Positions 46,501 to 61,500 of a DNA stretch of 64,000 bases are shown here, one piece after another (within the stretch, counting starts at the first letter, position 1; every line of letters starts with the position of its first letter). Source of the stretch: Veleropilina oligotropha (taxonomy: Eukaryota); assembly GCA_048128005.1 (NCBI GenBank), contig JBEUKZ010000016.1, positions 434,001 through 498,000 of the forward strand, read 5' to 3'. The notes beneath the pieces were generated by a model, which was not told the origin of the DNA, did no database searches, and saw nothing but the letters and a program-made list of their open reading frames with translations. Both the position numbers and the translations under genes were made by a program.

Positions 46501-49500
46501 GTGTCCAGAATATACGGCGAATGGGTAAGATTGTCTGTTGTCTTTCGCCATAACTTGCGATTGTATTTAATAGTTAATAAGCCAAGTATCGTATTTTATT
46601 ATGTTGGATTGTTGTATATTTTACATGAAGTATATTCTTAGATGTACTGTAGGTATATTTACTGTGTAGTTTGAGATATATTACTAAAGCATAATTGGGG
46701 ATTAGTTGCGAATGCCGTAATATATTTAGGATCATTGAAGTGTGATTATAGGAACGCTATTATATATTTATAATTTGTATGAATCTAACGATGGGTTTAT
46801 TACGTGTATTAAATCGCCATAGACCACAGAGCACCGACATTGTAAGTGTGATCACTAATTGATCTATATGTTTTAGCCGTGCTACGTTGGGTGACGAGTG
46901 GCGGGAGCTAGGCGGGGAGACGACCAGCAACGTGAGTCTCGCCAGAGCCAAGGGCAACCCAGTCTCTGCGTGCCATCACCAACGTGAAGTCGACAGGACG
47001 AGAGGTCCTTATAACAGCAGAAGAACTAGCACCAGCCGTCACCTTGCTCTTCCAAGCCTCACTGGACCAAGGGATAGTGCCTTCTGAATGGAAGAAAGCC
47101 CTGATAGTGGCCATCTTCAAGAAAGGGAATCGCGCTGACGCTGCAAATTACAGGCCCATCTCCTTGACCTCCATCCTCTGCAAGTTATGTGAGCACATCG
47201 TCCACTGCTCCATGATCAAGCACCTAATTCAACACCAGGTACTAAATAATGCTCAGCATGGCTTTCACAAGCGCAGGTCTTGTGAAACCCAGCTGGTCCT
47301 CACCATCAACGATCTTGCTCTGGGACTGAACGCAAAGGCCCAAATCGACCTCATCCTACTCGATTTCTCAAAGGCCTTCGACAAAGTCCCCCACCGACGA
47401 CTTCTCCACAAGGCAGCCTATTACAGCATCCATGCAATGCCCTCAAGTGGACAAGCGACTTCCTGCATGGACGCACCCAGAAGGTAGTAATCGACGGCCA
47501 GACCAGTACAGAGTCTGCAGTTACATCAGGATTGCCCCAAGGCAGCGTTCTGGACCAACTGCTGTTCTTGATATACATCAACGATCTTCCTGACTGCACA
47601 ACTGCTTCAACAACAAGACTTTTCGCTGACAACACAGCCCTATACCGGCGAATCGACTCTGTCAAAGACAGTAAGAGCCTTCAGAACGACCTTGATGCCC
47701 TTCAGGAGTGGGAAGCAAAGTGGCTCATGGAATTTAAACCGTCAAAGTACAAGCTGCTAAGGATCACGAACAAACGGAAACCTGTCGTCTCAACCTACAC
47801 CATCCATGGCCAAACACTGGAATCCGTACCAGTGGCGAAATACCTTGGTGTTAACATCGATTCAAAGCTGACCTTCAACAAGCATGTGGACGCAATCTCC
47901 AAAAAGGCGAACGCAACCCGCGCATTTCTCAGTCGCAACCTCAAGAAATGCAGCAAGAAGGTAAAAGCGACAAGCTACACAACATACGTGCGCCCAACCA
48001 TTGAGTACGCAGCAGCAGCCTGGGACACCCACACACAGAGCAATATCAATAAACTTGAACAAGTTCAGCGCCGCTCGATGCGTCATGAGCTACCACCATC
48101 GAACCAGCAGCATCACCACCATGCTACAGGAGTTAAAGTGGCCCTCACTGGAAGAGTGGAGGAAGCAAATCTGCCTCGCCCTGATGTATCGCATCATGAA
48201 CCACCTAGTCGATATTCAGTGGCAAGCCTACATTTCACTGGCCACGTCCAACACTAGGGGTCACAACACGCGGTTATTCCAACTTCAGAGCAACCACGAT
48301 GCCTACTCCTATTCCTTCTTTCCCCGCACCATCTGCGACTGGAACAGACTTGAGAATGACCCGCTGCTCTCTCCATCCATCGACTCCCTCAGAGCGTGGA
48401 TGAAGAACTCATCAGATTGAGAACCTGTCACTTCTTGTTTTTTAACTAAGCACTGTAAATACATCGCACACATTTTATTAATGAATTCCCGTCCCGTGCA
48501 GGCACACATTGTACACAGTGCGTCTGTCCTCGATCATTTGAGGTCGCACTTTCCTGGAAGAAGAAGAAGTAATTCGTAAGTGTTGCATTCAAGGAACGAA
48601 AGATTTGAGCGGTCCTTATAATTCGTACGACGTGTCGGGGAAGCAAGTGTTGCGTTCAATGAACAAAAACTTCGGCAGGACGAGCGGTCCTTATAATTCG
48701 TACGACGTGACGGGGAAGCAAGTGTTGTGTTTAAGGAACGGGAGCTTCGTCAGGACGAGCGGTCCTTAAAGCATGCGACAAAGAAGTGTTTAATTGAAGT
48801 ACGAGAGATGACGTCAACTGGACGTGCGATCTGAAGAGAGGAGTAACAGAACTCGATAGTGGTCCTCTAGTCCTAGTATAGGTTGATAGGTTGTCATAAT
48901 TATAGCGGTAGTTTATTTAGAATAGCATTGTTAGTATAGTATTGTTTTATATTGTTTTGTGGGGGTGTTTGTTGTAAATAAATTTGTTAAAATCATATTC
49001 GTCAACTGGTCTTCTGTACCCTTAGCAGATCCTGCCGTTACGATGTATATTGTTTGGACGTGTATGTTTTCACCACCCACCGATCATTATTTCCTGGATA
49101 TGACCTGCCGGCAAAATTTGGCATCACTAAAATGTTTATAAAGATCAAGTAGTTCATTTTAAAACATTTCAGGACGATAAATTCCTCCTAGATCCAAATA
49201 TATTAACATTTATATCCAAGCTCTGAAAAGCCATTTTTGTGGGCATCAACACCAGGTGGCGCCACCAACCACCAGGGAGAACACCAGGTGGCGCCACCAA
49301 CCACCAGGGAGTGCTGCTGTGGTCGTTCTATAGCTTACAGTGATTGTAATGACCTTATCAACCTTTGTGCCAACCCAAACAAAAATGCAAGCTTGTAACT
49401 ATCTCGTATCGAGCTCGCGACTAGCTAGTACGAGCATATTTACCTTGTCGCGAGCTCGCAGGTCTTTCTACGAGCATCTTGCGAGCTCGCGACAAGCTAG

Positions 49501-52500
49501 TTTCTTCTCTGCGAGTTCGCGAGAAGCTAGTTTCTTCTCTGCAAGCTCGCGACGAGCTAGTTTCTTCTCTGCAAGCTCGTGGCGAGTAAATGTTTCTGCG
49601 AGCTCACGACAAGCTAATTTCTTTTCTGCGAGCTCACGACAGGCTAGTTTCTTTTCTAATTTATTTTCTGCGATCTAATTTATATATTATTCTGATATAG
49701 TCCACTTTTATAACAACTAGCTTTTAACTCGTGATCGTCACTGTGAAATACTTGCTTCCGTTCGTGCTGATCGTATGGCCCGAACCGGACACCATACATT
49801 CCTACCCATAAAGGCATGCGCGACGGTCGATTGTGGCTTGTATAAATAGGTGCCCCCCGTGTTCTGGGCGAATATGAAACGAAAAATGTAAAATCTGAAA
49901 TTCTTGAGTTCTTACTTTTGGCACATGATCAACTTGGACGTGACAGTATTTAGGGTTGGCGCGCAATATTGATTTTCAGCCCGATAATCAGTTGGTTATG
50001 CATTATCACCGTACACCCTAGCTATAACACTATCCTAATACTATAGGTAATATGCCTCATCATTTGATAGTAATATGGACATTCCCTGTCTTGAACCTGA
50101 AGGTTGTAAATATACTGGACACTATATTATAATCATTGACCCAATCCAATGCAGCTAATGATCTGCATGAAAAGCGTGAGTCGGTTTGTCAGTGGTTATA
50201 AGGCCACTTCGACAGTACAGTGGTATTGGTTGTGGACTCGGAATATCACTGACTTAATTCCACTGAAGCGAACAGTAGTGGGTTCAAACTGTAACGTAAC
50301 TGGCCGAATTTGCAGCATTGTAAAATAATTTATTTTATACACTATATCTTTCATTTTGCTTTTAATTACAATTTGCATTTAACAAAAACTTTCAAATTTA
50401 ACAGTTTTCAATTAAGTGAATAAATATTTGTATACAATTTAAACAATTCCACTTGAATCAGGTCAGAGTTCTCACATTTATTTTATATGATAATTTTTGT
50501 ATGGTTATGGCACAAGCCAGATGTTTTATATTAATGTCACATTACTCCACAAATGAATCTGAATGGACCCTTTTTGTCTACAGATTACTTCTTTCTCGAT
50601 GACGATTCGCAAACTGCAACATGTGAATGGACAATGGAGCGGCATGTCACAGAATTGACCAATTTACATTCAAATGTAAACGATGAAAACAGCGATGTTG
50701 AAACCTACATTAAATGTTCATTGGCGAAGCTGGCGTTTACCATGAGCGATCGTACATGCCAGCAATGAGAACAAAGCAAACCGGCTTCTTGATGAATGGC
50801 GAGATAGAGTACTCGATGATTGCAGTGATGAACGGCAACACCCCAAAATTCTACATTTCCACTGGATGGCCCATGTTTTTCTGGGGTTTCATCGTTATGC
50901 ACGCAACAACATTCATGACGAGGAAAAGAAGCTTGCGGAAATCCACGGACTCTTGGGACGAGACAGCCTTTCTTGCTTCATAAGTACTGGAGTAAACTAG
51001 AAATGTGTCCATCGGACACGGATGCCCCCACTGGCAGCCTTGACCATAGGGGCAGTGTACAAAGTATCAAGTCAATCCATGAAGGCAAATAGAAGTTATA
51101 GCAGATTGAAGTTTCTTACACGCAAATACTGGTTCGAAGAGCTAAGTCATTTGACCTTGACCTTGGCCATACGGCGACATGGATGGGTCGCAGAAGCGAA
51201 GCATGAATGATGATAAGCAAGTGTACAAAGTATAAAGTCAATCCATGAAGGCAAATAGAAGTTATAGCAGATTGGAGTTGCTTACACGCAAATACTGGTT
51301 TGAAGAGCTAAGTCATTTGACCTTGACCTTGGCCATACGGCGACATGGATGGGTCGCAGAAGCGAAGGATGAATGATGATAAGCAAGTGTACAAAGTATG
51401 AAGTCAATCCATGAAGGAAAATAGAAGTCATAGCAGATTGGAGTTGCTTACACGCAAATACTGGTTTGAAGAGCTAAGTCATTTGACCATGACCTTGGCC
51501 ATACGGCGACATGGATGGTTCGCAGAAGCGAAGGATGAATGATGATAAGCAAGTGTACAAAGTATGAAGTCAATCCATGAAGGCAAATAGAAGTTATAGC
51601 AGATTGGAGTTGCTTACACGCAAATACTGGTTTCGGGACGGACGGACGGGACGGGACGGACGGACGGACGGACGGGACGGACAAGAGTAAATCTAAATGC
51701 CACCCCAATAAATTGGTGGTGGCATAAAAAGGAACCGTCATAGAACGAGTGGTACGCACAGTTTCTAATGTTTTTGGCCCATCTGGTGACCATCACGGTG
51801 TTCGAGATGTTTGGGAAGAATACTGCTGTGCAAATGCTATCAAATCCTTGATCGGAAATTACAAGGACAATCGTTTCAATGCTTTTTTCCAAACTGCAGC
51901 CAAAGTTTACCTTCATCGTCGTGATTACATCACGGTTTTAAAATCTGTCAAGTCTCCCAACCTAAAGCTCAAGTCAGTGCTTGCAGGTTTAGTCAGACTT
52001 GATCGCCACTTTTCTGCAGTGCTTCGGAATAGTGTTTCTGAAAGTCACAGGACCTTTCTGGAATCTCGTGACATGTGGCAAGGTTATGACTTGTATCTGG
52101 ATCTACACAACCACATCGATGAATTACGTTCTTTCCCACAAAGCTGCACAGTAAATTCTGCTGTTATGCTGACGAACGATTGCCACAAAGACAAAAGAGC
52201 GCATTTACGGGCAATATAGTCTATTTGAAATGTCATTGAAAACTAGTTGTGAATTGCGCTGGCTTAATACATATCGTTTATGTTACCTTTGTTGAGCATA
52301 TATATATACAATTAAATATATTGTTACACAATTATTTTGTTTTATTTTTTCCAGGGGAGTTGCATTAGTTTTTATATTGATTTCATGTTGGATTGGATCG
52401 TTGCTTAATGTCTTGTATATTTACAACCTTCAGGTTCAATTCTGGCCATGTTCATATTATCGCTGGAGGAAAGCCTGGTCTCCTGTGGAAACCAGCCCTT

Positions 52501-55500
52501 TCTGGCAAATTACCGACTGGTTTGGTTTCAGTCAATGCTTGATGTCCCATTTAACACCAATCATAATAATACTCGGAGATGTTATTACAATTAATAAGAT
52601 TGATTAAAGCGATGGTTATAATGCATACATTTACCACATTCAGGTTCAAACCAGACCATGTCCATATATTTGCCAGAGGATCGCACGTTTGACCGGGAAA
52701 ATACGCCGTCTCCATTCTGTAATGGACACTGTGATTGAAATCTGAATAAGAAGTTGTCATTGCCCAACCGAGATTCGGAAAGAAAATCAGTTAGAATCAG
52801 AGCAGTCAAACCAGCGAGTCGACAGTCAAGATCACACGGCAAACGGAGAGCCCTTGATTTCATGTTGGAGGTGAGCTTACTTTATTAACTAGTCGCGAGC
52901 TCACGGATGCTCGTCGCGAGCTCGTGGGATGCTCGTCGTGAGCAGCTCGTTCAGCTGGCTCGCCGCGAGCTCGCGAAAACGTTCCAAATACTTGCTCGCC
53001 ACGAGCTTGCGGGATGCTCATCGTGAGCTCGCGGTGTTCCAAATACTAGCTCGCTGCAAGCTCGCGACTATCTCGTTCAGCTGGCTCACTGGCTAGTCGC
53101 GAGCTCACGAAAACGTTCCAAATAATTGCTCGCGGCAAGCTCACAACTAGCTAGTAAATAAGCTTGCGACGAGCTAATTTCGCAAGCTAGTATTTTTTGT
53201 TTGGGATTGGACCTTGCTGAATGCAATCTATATACATATATATATATCTCCTAAATTTGTTAATACTAATTTAAGACATATCAGCATCTGGAGATGATTA
53301 AAGTAGTATCGTTTTCTTATTTTCATGATTCTTTTTAATTTTAGATACCTGCAGAGCAGCGTACTTAATTTAAATTGATTTGATTGAAATAAATTTAGTT
53401 TGAATGCCATTTTTCCGACGTGTTTGTAGTCAGGGCCCCGGTTTAACATCATTTCTATCCAATAAACGGATGCTGTGAGAATTGAGACGACTTATACCGT
53501 TGAGTAATTCTCGGCACACCCGGAATCGAACTCAGATAGCTTGCTTCGTGATCCAGCATCATAGCTACTATGCTACACCGCCACCAAAGACAGAAAATCG
53601 ACCCATCCGAATGCAGTATTATAAATTTAAGCAATATATACTGAGTCAAAAAAGAAACTTCACAAAATGTAATTTGAAAAAGTAATGAATAATTTTTCTC
53701 TGATGATACATCTATGTATCCGAAATGGGATCCCTATCTTTCGACGCTAGAAAAACGTTAGCAAACCCCCCTCAAACTCATCCATTCCTCGTGCAAATGA
53801 CGTTAGTGCCAAATCAGGTTTTGCACGTGCAGTCGGTCACGTAATCTTCACATCGATGTTGATTTCATTTGCACTTGTTTGCATTGGCCTCAGGAATTGA
53901 AAAAACACTTTTAAACCACGGTTCTAACGGTACTTTAAATGCCACGATTGTCAAATGTGCAACGTGAACGTGCCGTTGGCATGTTACACGCGGGAAGATC
54001 AGTTATTGACGTCGCAAGAGCAATGGGATGCAGCCGTCGTACTGTGTATGACTTGCGAATTCGTCTACAAGAAACTGGCACCACTTCTGATCGCCCAAGG
54101 TCGGGTCGTCCACGTGTAACGTCACGAGCAGAAGACCGTTACATCGTCCTACGTCACCTACGTGACAGATTTCTGCCGGCTGCACGAACCAGGGCTGAGA
54201 TGTTTAGAGGTCGACTGTCCTCACAGACCATTCGAAATCGGTTGCGGGCTGCCAATCTCCATCCTCGACGTCCATATCGTGGGCCAATATTTACGCCATT
54301 TCATCGACGTCAACGTCTGCTGTGGGCCCAACGTCACCTCCGATGGACCCAAAGAGACTGGAATCGAGTCGTCTTTAGCGATGAATCAAGGTTTACCCTC
54401 AGATTCGCGGACGGCAGGCATAGAGTCTGGAGACGACGTCGTGAACGGTATGCCCAGTGTTGTGTGCAGGAAGTGGACATATTCGGGGGCGGAAGTTGCA
54501 TGGTGTGGGGTGCTTTCTGTGGGAACAACCATTCTCGACTTCTGGTCATTCGTGGAAACATCACAGCTGCTGCTTATCGCGACCAGGTGCTCACCCCTGA
54601 ACTCGTTCCTTTCATGGCGGCTCATGGCCCAGGTCTACATTTCCAGCATGATAATGCGCTGCCGCATACAGCGATGTTGACACGAAATTTCCTTCAAAAC
54701 GCTGGAATCAACGTCATGGACTGGCCATCAAGGTCCCCTGACCTTAATCCAATCGAGCACGTTTGGGATGCACTTGGGAGAAGGCTTCGTGGTCTTAGAC
54801 ACCAACCACAGAATTTGCAGGAACTTGGCGCTGCCTTGCAAGAGCAATGGCGCAGAATCCCCAACCACGTGTTCACAAACATCAGGCGGTCGATGAGGAG
54901 ATGGTGTTTGGCAGTGGTGAATGCGCGAGACGGCCATACACGATATTGAACTGAGAAATTTCGAATTTCTATTCTTGTGACTTGACATTCTGTATACACA
55001 TGTTTTGGAACGGCGGTGTAGCCCAATGGAACTGATTGTGGCACTGTCAGTGTATCGAGTACATCACACACATCTCAGCAATGAAATAATAACAATTTAA
55101 CCATTTTACCATCTCTTGTTCTTTTTTAGTGCCCAGAAGAAAGAATGTGAAGTTTCTTTTTTGACTCAGTATATATAAACATCCATATTCACCAAGGGAA
55201 TTGTTGGAAATGGATAAATCTTATTTTATCATTGGGGGGGGGGGGGCAGCATGACAGAGTGCATACGGTGCTGGTCTACTAACGGTCGGTCACGTGTTCA
55301 AGCCCCGAGAGTGCCAGGGATTTTACCAATGATCGCTGCCTCCATTGCACACAGCATCAATTCATTTCATCAATCAAAGTTGATTGACCTGATTTAAAAC
55401 TGAAATGCTGTTGGCGTGGTCGTTAAACATCAATTCATCATCATATTTTATTATTGAAATAGCTTACCCTATTATAGAACTAGATATTGTTATTGTCCAC

Positions 55501-58500
55501 AATGTTAGGAATGCCTCTTAATTCCGCTTAATATGCTATATAACAGCTAGACACATTCCATAAAATTCTATTTTCAGCAACAGATCTGAATCATCATATG
55601 ACATTTGACCTGAAACGTAATCTCAAGAATCCTCTCATTATTAGCAACCTGCCTGCCAAATATTGGCATGATCGCCCAATACGAATGGTAGTTGTTATAG
55701 ACGATTTCACCAGACATTCGGCAATATTCGGAAACCGCTCGGGATTTTAGTCACATGGCGCCAAGTCATGTGACTGCTGGGCCAATATGAGCCTGGTAGT
55801 CAAACAATGGCGGCCGAGACATCGTCTGCATCTTGTTTACGTCGGGGCACGTGCAGGTAAATATAATTTCCCGGGAATTCCGGTGTGTATGCAACTTTTT
55901 ACCCCCTAAAAATGATCCGGTGATTCTGATTGTATCTTCAAACCAGCATTGACAATATTAAGGCCACATAAAGTTGACGGCATAACTACCTGGGAGCCGC
56001 CATGTTGTTTGACTACCAGCCGCTGATTGGTAGATATGTTCGGCATATCGGCGAACAACCGTGTATTTACGTGGGTGTTCGGGGGAACTCGGAGTGAAAT
56101 CGTCTATACGGAAATCAAATCATAACCAATATTCTATTTATAGTAACAGATCAGTGACCTTCACAACATACTCCGAATGTCGGATGAACAGATGCACTTC
56201 GTTATTGTGGGGGATAATTAGTTTGCAGCCTCTCCTCATATTTGGCTGTCTTTATTAGCATATTAACCCTCTTCAATGGCAGGTTTACATGGACAACAAA
56301 TATTGAAATGGTTTAATCTTTATTATATTTATTGTTTATAATATAACGACACTACAAACATGTACCAGAGTACAAACCCACTTACGACGTGCTGTAAATA
56401 ATACGTACAAAAACTAGAGCGCTCGGTCACTAAAGACCGCATATGTATCCCCTGGTAAATTCAAGATAGTGGTCACGGCGGCCATCATTGAGGTTGTACC
56501 ACACCTGAAATCTATAGGTGTCGTGGCCTCACCCCAACCAATGGCCATACCAAATATGAATACATTACGTTAAGAAATTACATTTCTAAAACGACCATGA
56601 GAAATCTCTCGGTTGCGGCCATCTTGGAGGTCGGACCACGCCAGAAATTTACAGGTGTCGTGTCCTCACCCCATCCAATGTACATACCAAATTAGAAAAC
56701 CATTCAATTAAGAAATGACCTCTTAGAGCTATCATGAGGTATCACTCTGTGGCATAACGGACGCTAAACCACAGTTTCCCCGAAAGGTATTGGGGATACA
56801 ATGACGTGTTGCTTTTCCACTCAAATGATAAGCGACAAATGTCACTGCGCCATCCAAAGGGTTAAAGCACCCTGTGCACAAATATTAGCATGAAAGAAAC
56901 ATAAAAATGAAGCATATTTTAAAACTTTTAGGTACGTCAAACACACAAGGCTTCCCATCTCTTGTTGCTCCTCGACATACGGTCCAATGTGAGCTTAGTA
57001 CGCAGCACCAAAGCAACTCATGATATACTGTTTTCTGACTAGTTTTATATCGTAATCGTTTCTGGTTTGGTTGTAAATGTTACTACAGAATCGCATATTA
57101 TTAAAACAACTATTGAACTAAAACAAGGCTTGTTGTTACATTACCTGGTGCAACAGGTGCTATTTGCTCTTCCGATCCTGTCGCTCTCCCGGAATCATTT
57201 CCGGAACTCCCTACTTCTGCAGAAATCAAAGATCATCATACGACACCAGTAAAAGCACCCACTAATTCACTTAATTTTCACAAGAAAAAACTAATGTTTA
57301 GATTCAAAGGCACCACACACATCAGATTTTCATTACGCATCTTTCATTTGTATTGTTGCTACTGAAAACTAGAGGTATAATCCTCATACAGGCCCGCCTT
57401 TTGGATATATAAATCCATAGAGAGGAAAATAATCAATAACTCTATATCTTCAAAGTGCACGAAAATGACCTTGACCTTTGACCCAGAGACTCCATTTTTG
57501 AACTTAACCAAGGCCTGATGGTATACAAGGTGCATACCCAAGATGAAAGCTGTAGGTCCAGCGGTTCATCTTCTATATGACAGAAAGCAATCTTCGAAGT
57601 GCCAGAACGGAAATACACGAAAATGACCTTGACCTTTGACCCAGCGACCCCATCTTTGAACTTAACCAAGGCCTGATGGTATACAAGGTGCATACCCAAG
57701 ATGAAAGCTGTAGGTCCAGCGGTTCATCTTCTATGTGACAGAAAGCAATCTTCGAAGTGCCAGAACGGAAATACACGAAAATGACCTTGACCTTTGACCC
57801 AGCGACCCCATCTTTGAACTTAACCAAGGCCTGATGGTATACAAGGTGCATACTCAAGATGAAAGCTGTAGGTCCAGCGGTTCATCTTCTATGTGACAGA
57901 AAGCAATCTTCGAAGTGCCAGAACGGAAATACATGAAAATGACCTTGACCTTTGACCCAGCGACCCCATCTTTGAACTTGGGCTAGGCCTGATGGTATAT
58001 AAGATGTATACCAAATATGAAAGGAGTAAGTCCAGCGGTTCATCTTCTATGTGACAGAAAGCATCAGGCGACGGACGACGGATGCCAGTACACGGCTATA
58101 GCCCTGCCTTTAGACGGCGGGCCAAAAATTAATAAATCTTTAACAATATATTTTTCAACAGCACTTGTTTTTACAGTGTTTTCTAATTCATGTCTAAGTT
58201 TTGCATATTTATTCATGTTAAAATTTAGCACTGTAAAAAAGGTGGTAACCAGCCTCTCATCCCAATTTTCAGCAACTTAAAAATAAAAAAGCCTCTCCCA
58301 GGACCTCATCACTGTATTTAGAAAAGTGCCTGACAATCTAACAGTTAAGTTTATGCTACCTCCGACAGAAATGATATGCTTAATGTCCTGTACCTTTATA
58401 ACCATCAGGTTCAAAGCAGAACATGTCCATATTATCGCAGGAGGAAAGCCCAGTCATCTGTGAAACCCGCCTTCTCCGGCCAGTTATGGACAACTGTCAT

Positions 58501-61500
58501 GATTCATAACTGAACAAATAATACCAATGTCCCAACGGAGATTTGATCCCACTACTGTTCGTGTCATTGAGATTTGATCTCACTCCTGTTCGTGACATTG
58601 AGATTTGATCCCACTACTGTTCGTGTCATTGAGATTTGATCTCACTCCTGTTCGTGACATTGAGATTTGATCCCACTACTGTTCGTGACATTGAGATTTG
58701 ATCCCACTACTGTTCGTGTCATTGAGATTTGATCCCACTACTGTTCGTGTCATTGAGATTTGATCTCACTACTGTTCGTGTCATTGAGATTTGATCTCAC
58801 TACTGTTCGTGACATTGAGATTTGATCCCACTACTGTTCGTGACATTGAGATTTGATCCCACTACTGTTCGTGACATTGGGATTTGATCTCACTACTGTT
58901 CGTGTCATTGAGATTTGATCCCACTACTGTTCGTTTCATTGAGATTTGATCCCACTACTGTTCGTGACATTGGGATTTGATCCCACTACTGTTCGTGTCA
59001 TTGAGATTTGATCCCACTACTGTTCGTGACATTGAGATTTGATCCCACTACTGTTCGTGTCATTGAGATTTGATCTCACTCCTGTTCGTGACATTGAGAT
59101 TTGATCCCACTACTGTTCGTGACATTGAGATTTGATCCCACTACTGTTCGTGTCATTGAGATTTGATCCCACTACTGTTCGTGTCATTGAGATTTGATCT
59201 CACTACTGTTCGTGTCATTGAGATTTGATCTCACTACTGTTCGTGACATTGAGATTTGATCCCACTACTGTTCGTGACATTGAGATTTGATCCCACTACT
59301 GTTCGTGACATTGGGATTTGATCTCACTACTGTTCGTGTCATTGAGATTTGATCCCACTACTGTTCGTTTCATTGAGATTTGATCCCACTACTGTTCGTG
59401 ACATTGGGATTTGATCCCACTACTGTTCGTGACATTGAGATTTGATCCCACTACTGTTCGTGACATTGAGATTTGATCCCACTACTGTTCGTGACATTGG
59501 GATTTTATCTCACTACTGTTCGTGTCATTGAGATTTGATCTCACTACTGTTCGTGTCATTGAGATTTGATCTCACTACTGTTCGTGACATTGAGATTTGA
59601 TCCCACTACTGTTCGTGACATTGAGATTTGATCCCACTACTGTTCGTGACATTGGGATTTGATCTCACTACTGTTCGTGGCATTGAGATTTGATCTCACT
59701 ACTGTTCGTGTCATTGAGATTTGATCTCACTCCTGTTCGTGACATTGAGATTTGATCCCACTACTGTTCGTGTCATTGAGATTTGATCGCACTACTGTTC
59801 GTGACATTGGGATTTGATCCCACTACTGTTCGTGTCATTGAGATTTGATCTCACTACTGTTCGTGACATTGAGATTTGATCTCACTACTGTTCGTGTCAT
59901 TGAGATTTGATCTCACTACTGTTCGTGACATTGAGATTTGATCACACTACTGTTCGTGACATTGAGATTTGATCCCACTACTGTTCGTGTCATTGAGATT
60001 TGATCTCACTACTGTTCGTGACATTGAGATTTGATCCCACTACTGTTCGTGTCATTGAGATTTGATCTCACTACTGTTCGTGACATTGAGATTTGATCCC
60101 ACTACTGTTCGTGACATTGGGATTTGATCTCACTACTGTTCGTGACATTGAGATTTGATCTCACTACTGTTCGTGACATTGAGATTTGATCTCACTACTG
60201 TTCGTGACATTGAGATTTGATCCCACTACTGTTCGTGTCATTGAGATTTGATCTCACTACTGTTCGTGACATTGAGATTTGATCCCACTACTGTTCGTGT
60301 CATTGAGATTTGATCTCACTACTGTTCGTGTCATTGAAATCAAGCCAGTAATTTTCGGAGTGTGCAACCGAACCACACAACTGTCAGAGCGACAAGAAAG
60401 AAATGAAAACAGAAATATTTGCATAAATGAAATTAGATCATAAAAATTAACATTGCAGGAAGAATGGAAACTGTACCTGAGGTACTTCCTGTAAGAGAAG
60501 CTGTCTGTACTGGAATCATTGGCTGACTATCTAGAAACAAAAATAAAGAATACATAAAGGACTCAATTTGAACAGTCGACTATATTATATAGTGACATAT
60601 TAGAGAAACTTAATTATAAGAAAAAGTATTAATAAGGTATGTACAATATCCCCCGCTACCTTCGGGCGGGGATAAAAATGAAAGAGCTCAAAATCTGAGT
60701 TTACTATTTGGTTTAGAATGGATGCTTAGAGTCCATTTAACAGCGTTTTTCATTTCGCGAAATCCGCGACGTCTGATTGGTCAAAATGACGTCACGTGGA
60801 GTTTTGTAAATACCCTTATCACATGACAAAGCTGTTATGGAACGGTAGAAGCCATTCCATATATTCGATACAAAAGACACATGTCATAAGTATGCAAATG
60901 AGGTCGAGCATGACGCCATGTTGTTGCATCTGGCGCCAAGTTGATTAGGTGGCACATGTTGTCGAGGCGTGATGCGTCCGACGCAGGCCGTTTAATGACT
61001 GAAATTAATGACAGAAATTATTTTTAAAACGTAAAGAAATGAGTTTAAAAACGTAATAAAATAAGTTTAAAGGTAAATAAAGTCATGTGATAAAGAAGAT
61101 ATCAAACTTGTTTCCATTTCATATCAGAATTATGAAACTCGTCAGCAAATTTATGTACCTCGCCAAGGCTCGATACATAAATTGTGCCCGACTCGTTTCA
61201 TAATTCTCATATGAAATGGACACTCGTTCGATATCCTCTATATCTCAAACTCAACGTTTTCTTATCAAACTGTGTGTCGTCTGCTAGACGTTATTCGCTT
61301 CTGCGGGATATAATCAAGTGTATTTAAGTATTTCTTTGAGATTCAATCATATACATGAATGTATATGACTAAACTATTCCTAAGCTTTTCAAATATCCAG
61401 ATTATTTTGCGCTTAGAATAACCTGTAAGGTGCAATTCAACATGACGTTATTCATTGCTTATAGTGATTGTTCAGCATTGACAGGCATATAAAGTTAGAT

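Noticed and set aside
58538..60335. CRISPR-like array of ~31-bp repeats
   Set aside because: Units are head-to-tail with no unique spacers, no cas genes are present, and the unit derives from a SINE.
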